Part shown: piece by piece, positions 1-7,698 of the stretch
Layout of the letters: every line of letters starts with the position of its first letter
Numbering within the stretch: the stretch's first letter is position 1
NCBI GenBank assembly: GCA_023150835.1
Contig: JAKLKB010000016.1
Coordinates: 50,003-70,002, forward strand
DNA from: Myxococcota bacterium
GTDB lineage: Bacteria; Myxococcota_C; UBA6777
Direction: 5' to 3'
DNA: 20,000 nt
Program-made: the position numbers and the translations under genes
Notes under the pieces: generated by a model
Seen by the model: only the letters and a program-made list of their open reading frames with translations
Databases searched by the model: none
Told to the model about the DNA's origin: nothing

Positions 1-1264
1 GCCTTGCCGACAACTCATCGTAACACGAGCCTTTCAAACAGCGATCGCTCTCTTTGTCTTGACACTCCTTGTCTTGCGTACAAGCCGAACCCTCCAAATC
101 CAACCGCTTCTCGTGGCATTTGTTGTCTTGGCACACATAGCGACAAGACGCTGGATCTTTTGCATCTTTGCAATTGCCCGTAGGATCGCAGTCTTCGTCT
201 TTCACGCACGAGGTCTCTGCGATCAGCTTACCCGCCAACCGAAACAAGATACACCTCGCAGGTGCTTTGCCTTCTTCATGCACACGAAACGGATAATACA
301 CGCACTCTGGCTCAAACTGGCCTCGCTGCGCCTGACAGTTCTTGTAAGCCTCCTGATTCACCGCCTTAAAGTAGCAGTATTTTTGACCGTTGACTTCCAA
401 ACATTTTTTCGTTGCATCCGCATCATCCACCGCGATCCCTCGGCAATCGCTGTCTTGTGTGCAAGACGACGCCTGTCCCGCTCCGTCCTTGTAGCGGATC
501 ACGCAGAACCCGCCCTCACACTTATCGCCCCCAACACCCGCACAATCCGCATCTTGACGGCACAGGATATCGTACTCACGATGTTGCTTTTTTAACGTAT
601 CGCAGTAAGCCGCTTCGCATTCAAAATTCGCCGAACATACGACGTTTGAGAAAGTCACCAGATCAAGCTGCGTCAGCGGTGTTTTCGGCGGATAATCGTT
701 CTTGATCACCAAACGATACCGCTTCTCAAGCTCCAACCTATCCCCCGAACCGTTCGCATCGCCACCGTGTAATTTCTTAACAAACTTTCCGTCCTGATCG
801 AGTTCTTCGACCAAAAACTCTTTGCATGTGTTGTTTCCAACGCGAAAGATCTTCGGCGCTTTTCCTGCCCCTTGCCCACAAGTCACTTCCAAAAGCCCAC
901 ACCCAAGGCTTTTGCTGGTGCATACACCGTTCACGATCTTTTCTGCGCTCACCACCTTAAACGTCTCGATCCCGCACTTCAGTTCGGCCTGTTCTCCATT
1001 GATCGACAACGCGCAATTGTCTCCATCTTTTCCTGTATCTCCTTTGTCGCCTTGTTTGCCGGTCTCCCCATCGATCCCATTTTTCCCGTTGGTTCCGTCC
1101 TTTCCCGGACGCAGCACATAACTCTCTTCTCCACACTTCAACGTCGCTGTACCATCTCCATTCTTTTGTAACGTGCACGTTGGGCCGCAACCTTGCACAA
1201 AGACCATCCCCCACGCGCACAACACAAGACCTGCGCACCTCAAACACCATCGCATCGACTTCAT
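1..1264 (-). CDS. Cys-rich, collagen-like lipoprotein, left-cluster paralog L3 (3'-partial, runs off the window edge)
   Basis: Not in the ORF track. Manual translation from ATG 1264 (AAGGAGG just upstream) is open to position 2: MKSMRWCLRCAGLVLCAWGMVFVQG|CGPTCTLQKNGDGTATLKCGEESYVLRP, then 10 Gly-X-Y triplets (GKDGTNGKNGIDGETGKQGDKGDTGKDGDN), then LELEKRYRLVI, FSNVVC, RGQFEPECVYYPF and RCILFRLAG. These motifs are shared with the two neighbouring minus-strand genes. Confidence 0.9.
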   Translation of the reverse strand, partial: MKSMRWCLRCAGLVLCAWGMVFVQGCGPTCTLQKNGDGTATLKCGEESYVLRPGKDGTNGKNGIDGETGKQGDKGDTGKDGDNCALSINGEQAELKCGIETFKVVSAEKIVNGVCTSKSLGCGLLEVTCGQGAGKAPKIFRVGNNTCKEFLVEELDQDGKFVKKLHGGDANGSGDRLELEKRYRLVIKNDYPPKTPLTQLDLVTFSNVVCSANFECEAAYCDTLKKQHREYDILCRQDADCAGVGGDKCEGGFCVIRYKDGAGQASSCTQDSDCRGIAVDDADATKKCLEVNGQKYCYFKAVNQEAYKNCQAQRGQFEPECVYYPFRVHEEGKAPARCILFRLAGKLIAETSCVKDEDCDPTGNCKDAKDPASCRYVCQDNKCHEKRLDLEGSACTQDKECQDKESDRCLKGSCYDELSAR

Positions 1265-1347
1265 CCGCAACCTCCTTCGATTGACCGTTTCTTCAAATAT
1301 CCCTACACACCGAAACCTACACGGATATCTCGCTGCCGCGTGTCTTC

Positions 1348-2718
1348 TCAGCGGCATTGATTATTTTCTGGATCAAACACCGTCCCTTCGGGGCAATAGC
1401 AACGTTGAATCACTTCATCCGCCGAAGCATACAGATCAAAACGAAAAAATTGTCTCGAACCATCGACGAAATCCACATACCCCGAAAGCTCATAGCGCGG
1501 ATCTGCGCCGCTTCGCTTATCGAGACTTTCCCAGATCGCACGATTGCGCTCGGGTTCGTTCGGATAAAACAGCGTTTGTGTCGTCCTCACCCAGCCGCAA
1601 AATGAATTCCCGGGAAACATCCGCTCATAAATAATTTCTGTTGAGGCTGTTTCTTTTTTGCGAAATCTTCCTGAAAAACGAAACACCACACAACGCCCTC
1701 GTGGCTGTTCTTCTCCTTTGACCAGTTCATGCCGTGGGAACGGATAAAACGCACATTCATGCTCAAATTGTGCACGCGTTAATTCGCAGTAACGGCGCTT
1801 TTCCACGCTGACCTGCCGCCGATAACACACCCCACTTGCCCGCTCGCAAAAAAATCGCTCCGCCGCTTTCCCTTCCTCCAAACAATCGCTGTCTTGACGA
1901 CACACCAAACCACCCTTCTCTCGCCGCTCATAGCACAATTTGTTGCTTTGCAAACAAATTGTCTCTTGTCCTGCACAGGGCTGTTGGGCGCACGAGATAT
2001 CGTACGTTCCTTTCTCTTCTAATTCTTGGCAATACTGCGCGTTGCATTCTTTGTCTTTGTTGCAATTCACATTCGAATAAGTCTTCAATTCGACTGGATT
2101 TGCTTCGTAGCTCGCTCCGATCTTCTGCCCGATACGCAAACGGTAATACCGCTCAAGAACAAGCTGCTCTCCGGTGCGTGTCGCTGTCCCGCTTCTCAAC
2201 ACGTTCAAGACTTTCCCATCGCTTGACGGGGTGCTGACTTCCGCTATCTCAAAAAAATGGCAGACCCCACCGCCTACCACAAAACTTTGCTCTGCTCCAT
2301 CATGCAAGCACCGCACGATCACTTGTTCGCAACCTCCCCCAAGATCCTTGCTTTCAAAACGGCACGTCTTTTCTGCTGATAACACTTCTCCGTTTAATAC
2401 GATAAAACTTTGTCTTTCTTTCTGATCAAAACCTTTGCATCGTAGCACACCTGTTCGTGGATCTTGCGCTGCTGCAGTAAACGTGCAATTCGCCGCTCCT
2501 TGCGCTCCTTGGACTCCTTGCGTTCCTTTCTCACCAACCAAACCATCCTTGCCTTCTGTGCCGTTCGCACCCGACTTCCATGTATAGTCGGTTCCCTGAC
2601 AAGTGATCTGTTCCACCCCGTCTCCTCTCTTTTCCCAACGACAAGGAGCCCCACCACAGCTTTGCAATCCGATCCAAAAAACGCCCACAACACCAAAGCT
2701 CCACCACCTGACACGCAT
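1348..2718 (-). CDS. Cys-rich, collagen-like lipoprotein, paralog L2 (456 aa)
   Basis: Start moved from 2880 to ATG 2718: GGAGG precedes it and the overlap with the upstream gene disappears. Signal peptide with lipobox LQS|C, 9 Gly-X-Y triplets, CxxDxxC modules, clear similarity to 2747..4183. Confidence 0.9.
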   Translation of the reverse strand: MRVRWWSFGVVGVFWIGLQSCGGAPCRWEKRGDGVEQITCQGTDYTWKSGANGTEGKDGLVGEKGTQGVQGAQGAANCTFTAAAQDPRTGVLRCKGFDQKERQSFIVLNGEVLSAEKTCRFESKDLGGGCEQVIVRCLHDGAEQSFVVGGGVCHFFEIAEVSTPSSDGKVLNVLRSGTATRTGEQLVLERYYRLRIGQKIGASYEANPVELKTYSNVNCNKDKECNAQYCQELEEKGTYDISCAQQPCAGQETICLQSNKLCYERREKGGLVCRQDSDCLEEGKAAERFFCERASGVCYRRQVSVEKRRYCELTRAQFEHECAFYPFPRHELVKGEEQPRGRCVVFRFSGRFRKKETASTEIIYERMFPGNSFCGWVRTTQTLFYPNEPERNRAIWESLDKRSGADPRYELSGYVDFVDGSRQFFRFDLYASADEVIQRCYCPEGTVFDPENNQCR

Positions 2719-2746
2719 CTTTGCCTCCCGTCTCGAACCGTCTGTT

Positions 2747-4183
2747 CTATTCGCATTGCCCTGTTGTTGGATTGAATGTTTGCTTTTCAGGAGGACAAGA
2801 GCAGCTTTGCCAAAAAGCCTCTGCATTTGCATAAAATTCATGAAAAAAGTATTTTCGTGTACCATCCACAAACTCTGCAAACCCAGAGAAAAAATGCGAA
2901 GAATCGCTCCGTTCCCCCCGATCCACCGTTTCCCAGATCGATTTGTTTCGCTCAGTTTGACCGAGATAAAACAAAGTTTGGATGACTTTCACCCAATTAC
3001 ACGGCGTCCCTCCAGGAGTCGCACGCGAATAAACGACCTCGCCCCCAGAAGAAGGCACTCGCCTCAAACCGCCCGAAAACCGAAACAACAAACACTTTCC
3101 CGTACCTTCTCCTGCACGATCCTCCGCAAAAGGATAGAACACACACAAACCTTCGACCAATTGTCCGCGCGCCAAACGACAATAGTCGTATTCTTTCTGC
3201 TTGATCTTCCGCCGATAACAATCCCCACGCAGCGCATCACAGAACACACGTCCCAATGCCAGCGCCTCTTTTTCCGTTGTCTCTCCCACGCAGTCTGCAT
3301 CCGTAGTACAACCAAAACCCGTAACTTTTTCATAACAAAGACCCACTTGTTTTCCTTTTTCATCCACAAATTCTCGGCAAAAGTCTGTATTCTCACCACA
3401 GTCTGCTTGCACTGAAACCATCCGACAGCTTTGATCATAGGCTCCAATCAAGACGCGGGGAGGAGACGTAAATCGATCTCGGAAAGCCCCTTGTGTTCGC
3501 AAGACGTCACAATAGCTTGGATTACATTCGGATGCAGAATGGCAACGATAACGCGAAAAAGAGTACAGCCCGGGCGTTTGGGTGGCTTGTATATTTTTTG
3601 AGCGCAACGTGAATTGGTATCGCTCATGGATATCCAGCCCAGTTCCGGGGCGATTGGGCGCCCCGTTGCGCAAGATCTCGCCCGTTGCTTTACCGTCTTT
3701 ATCGAGCTTTTCGATCGAAAAAGTATTACAAGAATTCACACCGATTTGAAATCGACTTTGTTCGCTACCTTCACCGCAGATCACCTCAAAGGCCCCGCAG
3801 TCCGCATCCAACACCTCAAATCGACAAGCTCCTGCCGCCTGAAAGCCATCCCCGTTCAAAACAACCCACTCTTTGCTGTACTCTTTTTCTCCTGCCCCTT
3901 TGCATCGCAACATGCCTGTTCGTGGATCTGTCTGAGAGCGCAAAAACACACAGTTGGCCTCACCCGATGGCCCCGCTTCACCTTTCCCACCATGAGTTCC
4001 CTGCGCCCCGTCCGGCCCCACTTTTCCTTCCGCACCGTCTCGAACGGTGTAGCTTACCCCACCGCAGACCCACGTCACCTGACCATTTGTACTCGACCAA
4101 TTGCAGCGCTCGCCTTGGCATCCTTCAAACACCCAAAACAGCAGAAAAAAACACCACCCCAACCTCCTCCACACAACCATCAC
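2747..4183 (-). CDS. Cys-rich, collagen-like lipoprotein, paralog L1
   Basis: 478-aa ORF; GTG 4183 or ATG 4180 after AAGGGAG. Lipobox-like FEG|C and 9 Gly-X-Y triplets. Shares DPRTGxLRCKG, QTLFY, ERNxxIWE and FVDGxRxxF with L2. Confidence 0.9.
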   Translation of the reverse strand: MMVVWRRLGWCFFLLFWVFEGCQGERCNWSSTNGQVTWVCGGVSYTVRDGAEGKVGPDGAQGTHGGKGEAGPSGEANCVFLRSQTDPRTGMLRCKGAGEKEYSKEWVVLNGDGFQAAGACRFEVLDADCGAFEVICGEGSEQSRFQIGVNSCNTFSIEKLDKDGKATGEILRNGAPNRPGTGLDIHERYQFTLRSKNIQATQTPGLYSFSRYRCHSASECNPSYCDVLRTQGAFRDRFTSPPRVLIGAYDQSCRMVSVQADCGENTDFCREFVDEKGKQVGLCYEKVTGFGCTTDADCVGETTEKEALALGRVFCDALRGDCYRRKIKQKEYDYCRLARGQLVEGLCVFYPFAEDRAGEGTGKCLLFRFSGGLRRVPSSGGEVVYSRATPGGTPCNWVKVIQTLFYLGQTERNKSIWETVDRGERSDSSHFFSGFAEFVDGTRKYFFHEFYANAEAFWQSCSCPPEKQTFNPTTGQCE

Positions 4184-4319
4184 ACCGCTCCCTTCGCCTT
4201 GTGACCGCTATTTCGCGAAACTCAAACGTGCCCACCACACCTGACACAAACACGACGACGCTATTTCGGCCCTTTCCAAAAACTATGCCTATCACTATTT
4301 TCCTTATCCCAACACACAC

Positions 4320-4427
4320 CTCTTTGCAAACCCCACCAAACCATACCGCTTTTGACATTCACAGCCCTGCACAGGCGGGCGATGAGGCGTCACAACTCTT
4401 TGCAAGCCCCACCAAACCATACCGCTT
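4320..4427. repeat. 32-bp direct repeat, 2 copies
   Basis: CTCTTTGCAARCCCCACCAAACCATACCGCTT at 4320-4351 and 4396-4427, 1 mismatch, 44 bp between copies. Confidence 0.85.
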
Positions 4428-4504
4428 GGCCTTCGCCCTCTCTGCCGCTTGCTCCCCACAAAAGCGCTTTCTGCCTCGCGCCCACTCACCGCGAGATCAG
4501 CCCA

Positions 4505-4542
4505 GTACACGATCAAGCACGAAATCGTACGCGATCGTGCAC
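4505..4542. promoter_or_regulatory. Pair of 16-bp palindromic motifs (candidate transcription-factor/enhancer sites)
   Basis: GTACACGATCAAGCAC (4505-4520) and GTACGCGATCGTGCAC (4527-4542), starts 22 bp apart; related sites at 10646-10816 and 16055-16100. Confidence 0.45.
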
Positions 4543-4646
4543 TCGCCGCCCTCCCAGTCTTTTCAGCGTTGGCTCGTTAAAACCCCCCACATCCGCGACA
4601 TACCTAACGGCGCTGCCGCCTTTGGAAAACGTCTGCTCCTTTGCCA

Positions 4647-4762
4647 TAGGAGTGACGCAGTGGAAAAGGGAAAGCGTGAAGAATCAAACCATTGTAGGGG
4701 CGGTTCGCGAACCGCCCGCGCCCGAACGTTGGCCTTTTTCGTATCGAACTGCGTCAGTCCTA
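4647..4762. mobile_element. 116-bp MITE, copy 1
   Basis: Terminal inverted repeats TAGGAGTGACGCAGT...ACTGCGTCAGTCCTA, flanked by a 5-bp direct repeat TGCCA (4642-4646 and 4763-4767). About 100/116 identical by hand alignment to 13928..14043. Confidence 0.9.
4694..4717 (+). repeat. GTAG-type REP-like palindrome inside the MITE
   Basis: GTAG followed by the perfect 20-bp palindrome GGGCGGTTCGCGAACCGCCC; equivalent site at 13975-13998 with one mismatch. Confidence 0.75.
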
Positions 4763-4820
4763 TGCCACAGAGGTTCCAACCAACTGCATCACGCCTCTTC
4801 GAGATCTCTATCAACACAAC

Positions 4821-4836
4821 AGGCACACGCTTTGCT
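4821..4836 (+). promoter_or_regulatory. Putative sigma54 (-24/-12) promoter for the plus-strand lipoprotein cluster
   Basis: AGGCAC-ACGCT-TTGCT with exact GG-N10-GC spacing; one mismatch to TGGCAC-N5-TTGCW. Confidence 0.6.
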
Positions 4837-4850
4837 GAGGCCACACCCCA

Positions 4851-4959
4851 CCCTGTTTTGGGTAAGTACCACTTGTTGCCAAAAACCCCGTGATCGCGCC
4901 ACCCCAAGCGGTGGCGCTGCTGGTTTTTTCAAAACAACGCTCGCTCAGCCAAAACAGGG
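4851..4959. other. 109-nt imperfect rod-like stem-loop (structured leader, sRNA or second MITE)
   Basis: Nested inverted repeats: CCCTGTTTTGG/CCAAAACAGGG, TTGTT/AACAA, AAAAACC/GGTTTTT and GCGCCACC/GGTGGCGC closing a 6-nt loop. Confidence 0.65.
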
Positions 4960-5079
4960 CCAAGAGGTTCGGGTCCTCTCGCAGTACCCCACCCCACAAC
5001 ACAAACCAGCAGCGTCCATCTGCGCGGAAAACAAAGCGACCGCAGCCACGATGTCTTGCCGCCATCATAGGAGTTCTCG

Positions 5080-6378
5080 ATGAAAAAACTTCCTTTCCAC
5101 GTATTCTATACGGCAAGTGTTCTGAAATTTTCGTTCTTTTTTTTCGCTTTTTCTTTACTTTTTTCGTCTGTGGCTTGCTCTCCTCCGTGCACGATCACCC
5201 CACGCACTGACGGAAGCGCAGAACTTCGATGCGGCGGTCAAACCTATGATATCAAAAACGGAAAAGACGGAGCCAGCGGAAAAGACGGAGCCAGCGGAAA
5301 AGACGGAGCCAGCGGAAAAGACGGAGCCAGCGGAAAAGACGGAGCCAGTTGCTCATTCAAAAAGGAAGCGGATGGAACAGGCACCGTGACCTGCGGAAGC
5401 GAACCCCCCGTCAAAGTCGCATTGCCCGAAAATACTCTCTTGAATGGCATCCCCTACCATGTATTCCAAAACATGCAAGACGGCTTCACGGTAGTGAAAT
5501 TGACCGAAAATGGCGTATACGACGGCGTTTTAGATCCCGAGAAAGATGTCTTTGATCTCACCAAAACTTTCGTCGTGATGTTTTCGATCAAATCCACGAC
5601 CTTCCAACCACGCTACAACAGAATTCTCGAAACCCCTTCGACATTGGTCTGTTCAAGCGACACGGATTGCCCGGCTGGAGGCTCTTGTCGAATCAAGCAA
5701 GTTTGCAAAGAAGACGGAGAATGCCTGCAAAGCACCGCCAAATGCGAGATCCCTCAAGGTGAAACACAAGGGTTTTGCAGCACCAATTGTAAAAAAGACG
5801 AAGACTGCCTCGCAAAAGGAGCAACCTGTACCCAAGGAAATTGCACAAAGGCTTTCTGTACTGTATGCACCGATGACGTGGATTGCCCTGTGAATACGCG
5901 ATGTAAAAATTCTCGCTGCGAATCCTCCGAAACCGTCAACAACATCGGCATCTACAGCCTCGCGAACGCCGTTCCCTGCGAAGGAACCAGCCCAGACGCG
6001 AAGAATCTTAGTTGCACCACAAAAGGCTCCTCTTTTTGCGATCTTGAAGAGAACAAATGCGTACATTTTCGACTGGCTCGCGAACGTTTAGACGAATTTG
6101 TCGTGCAGTGGTCAATGATCCAGATCATACCACAAAGAACTGTTTTTCTTCGCCTTCTCAGCTTCTGCGATGCCTCGATCGAATTTATCTTGGGGCGAAA
6201 ACTCGATCCCGTTTTTTATCAAAAATTTATCTGGGGCAACCTCGGAACACCGGGTGTAGACAAGTTCCAATTTATCGGAACATTGAGTTTGCCGGGTTAT
6301 GGAAATAAATCACGATACACATGGCAAGCGCATTTCAAAACCGATGGATATCAAGAAAAATGCGGACTCGCTCCCTAA
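5080..6378 (+). CDS. Cys-rich, collagen-like lipoprotein, right-cluster paralog R1
   Basis: 432 aa, AGGAG RBS, lipobox SVA|C, (GKDGAS)5 and multiple CxxDxDC modules; paralogous to the next two genes. Confidence 0.92.
   Translation: MKKLPFHVFYTASVLKFSFFFFAFSLLFSSVACSPPCTITPRTDGSAELRCGGQTYDIKNGKDGASGKDGASGKDGASGKDGASGKDGASCSFKKEADGTGTVTCGSEPPVKVALPENTLLNGIPYHVFQNMQDGFTVVKLTENGVYDGVLDPEKDVFDLTKTFVVMFSIKSTTFQPRYNRILETPSTLVCSSDTDCPAGGSCRIKQVCKEDGECLQSTAKCEIPQGETQGFCSTNCKKDEDCLAKGATCTQGNCTKAFCTVCTDDVDCPVNTRCKNSRCESSETVNNIGIYSLANAVPCEGTSPDAKNLSCTTKGSSFCDLEENKCVHFRLARERLDEFVVQWSMIQIIPQRTVFLRLLSFCDASIEFILGRKLDPVFYQKFIWGNLGTPGVDKFQFIGTLSLPGYGNKSRYTWQAHFKTDGYQEKCGLAP
5259..5348 (+). repeat. Perfect 18-bp tandem repeat x5 encoding (GKDGAS)5
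   Basis: CGGAAAAGACGGAGCCAG repeated five times with no substitution. Confidence 0.95.
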
Positions 6379-6417
6379 TCAAAGCCACGACGCTGTAATA
6401 AATAAGGTATGCTCTCG

Positions 6418-7599
6418 ATGCAAAAAAACACACGACGCTCTATTTTTACGCCTTCTTTTTTTCTCAAGATCAGCTTTTTGCTGCTTGTTCTGGGCGGCGC
6501 ATCGTCTTGTGGTGCGCCATGCTCACTCAAAGAAAACGCCGATGGCAGCGCGTTGTTGACATGTGGCGATCAGTCCTACACCATCCGCAGCGGCAAAGAC
6601 GGCGCACAAGGCCGCTCTTGTGAAATGAAAGACAACCTTGACGGCAGCGCAACCATCGCCTGTGGAGATCAGCTTTATCTGATACGCAAAGGCCAAGACG
6701 GTCTCAACGGAAAAGACGGCCAAAGTTGCAATCTGCGCGACAACGGAAACGATAGCGTGACCATCCTGTGCGGCACGCAAGAATATACCCTACCCCGAAC
6801 GACCGATACCATCAAAGGAATCCCCTACACTGTCTTTCAACAGCTTTCGGATGGTATTACGGTGATTCGCTTAAAAAAAGACGGCAGTTTTTCACATGTC
6901 CACGATGCAGCGAAGGACGTATTGGATCTCACAGAACCGTTCGTTTTGTTGTTCTCATTAAAAGTGCCTTGGGAAACAGTCTTTTATCCCAAAGTCGAGA
7001 TCAAAGCAACCTGCACCACAAGCCAAGATTGTCTTGCTGTAGGGGCAGAGTGCCGCAATGGCCGTTGTTCATCTTGTAGTGCGAATAGCGATTGTCCAAA
7101 TGATTCTTATTGTGCAAATGCAGAGTGTCGCAGTAACTTACCAGAAAATAATCCTAATTTCTTTATCTTAAGCCACCTGTCTTGCGATGGAGCCACACAC
7201 GAAGAACGAAATGCGAATTGCAAAACCAAACAAATGGAGTTTTGCGATGAAGAAACCCGTCGTTGTGCGCATACAGATATGATGAGAAAAAGAGATGGAT
7301 TTAATCGACATCGTGTTGAACTTTTTTATACGCTACCTTATCGGCAAAATCTTTATTACGTGCAAGACTCCTGTAACTTTAGCAAGTTGTTGGCCGAGCG
7401 CAACATCGCTCAACCCATTATCGCCTCTTACTGGACTAATTTTGGAGACAAGGCGGGAAATGTGGAGATCGTCGCTCAATTTGGCAAAATCGAAAAAATG
7501 GAGAAAGAGGGCCGCCCCTATGGCGCACAGATCCGCTATGTTTGGAAAAGTAAATTCAGCATCGCCAACTACGCTCAGAAATGCCTGACGTTGCCCTAA
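6418..7599 (+). CDS. Cys-rich, collagen-like lipoprotein, paralog R2
   Basis: ORF 6409..7599; ATG 6418 is better spaced from TAAGG (6409 is the alternative). Lipobox ASS|C; three CxxxxNxxxSxxxxCG modules separated by short Gly-X-Y runs. Confidence 0.9.
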   Translation: MQKNTRRSIFTPSFFLKISFLLLVLGGASSCGAPCSLKENADGSALLTCGDQSYTIRSGKDGAQGRSCEMKDNLDGSATIACGDQLYLIRKGQDGLNGKDGQSCNLRDNGNDSVTILCGTQEYTLPRTTDTIKGIPYTVFQQLSDGITVIRLKKDGSFSHVHDAAKDVLDLTEPFVLLFSLKVPWETVFYPKVEIKATCTTSQDCLAVGAECRNGRCSSCSANSDCPNDSYCANAECRSNLPENNPNFFILSHLSCDGATHEERNANCKTKQMEFCDEETRRCAHTDMMRKRDGFNRHRVELFYTLPYRQNLYYVQDSCNFSKLLAERNIAQPIIASYWTNFGDKAGNVEIVAQFGKIEKMEKEGRPYGAQIRYVWKSKFSIANYAQKCLTLP

Positions 7600-7698
7600 A
7601 TGGGCCTACGGGCCTACGCATCTTCTAGCGACTGGATTGGCCCACTCCACGGACACAAACACACGCAACACCTCTCCCAAATGGCAAGGAGTCTTTCC

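Noticed and set aside
2719-2880. N-terminal extension of the 510-aa ORF
   Set aside because: It overlaps the upstream gene; the signal peptide and RBS point to ATG 2718.
4320-4427. Mini-CRISPR (32-bp repeat, 44-bp spacer)
   Set aside because: Only two copies, not palindromic, no typical repeat ends and no cas genes.
3685-5210. ORFs 3685..4893, 4352..5083, 4563..4907 and 4890..5210
   Set aside because: They overlap real genes and/or read through the MITE and hairpins, with no recognisable motif.
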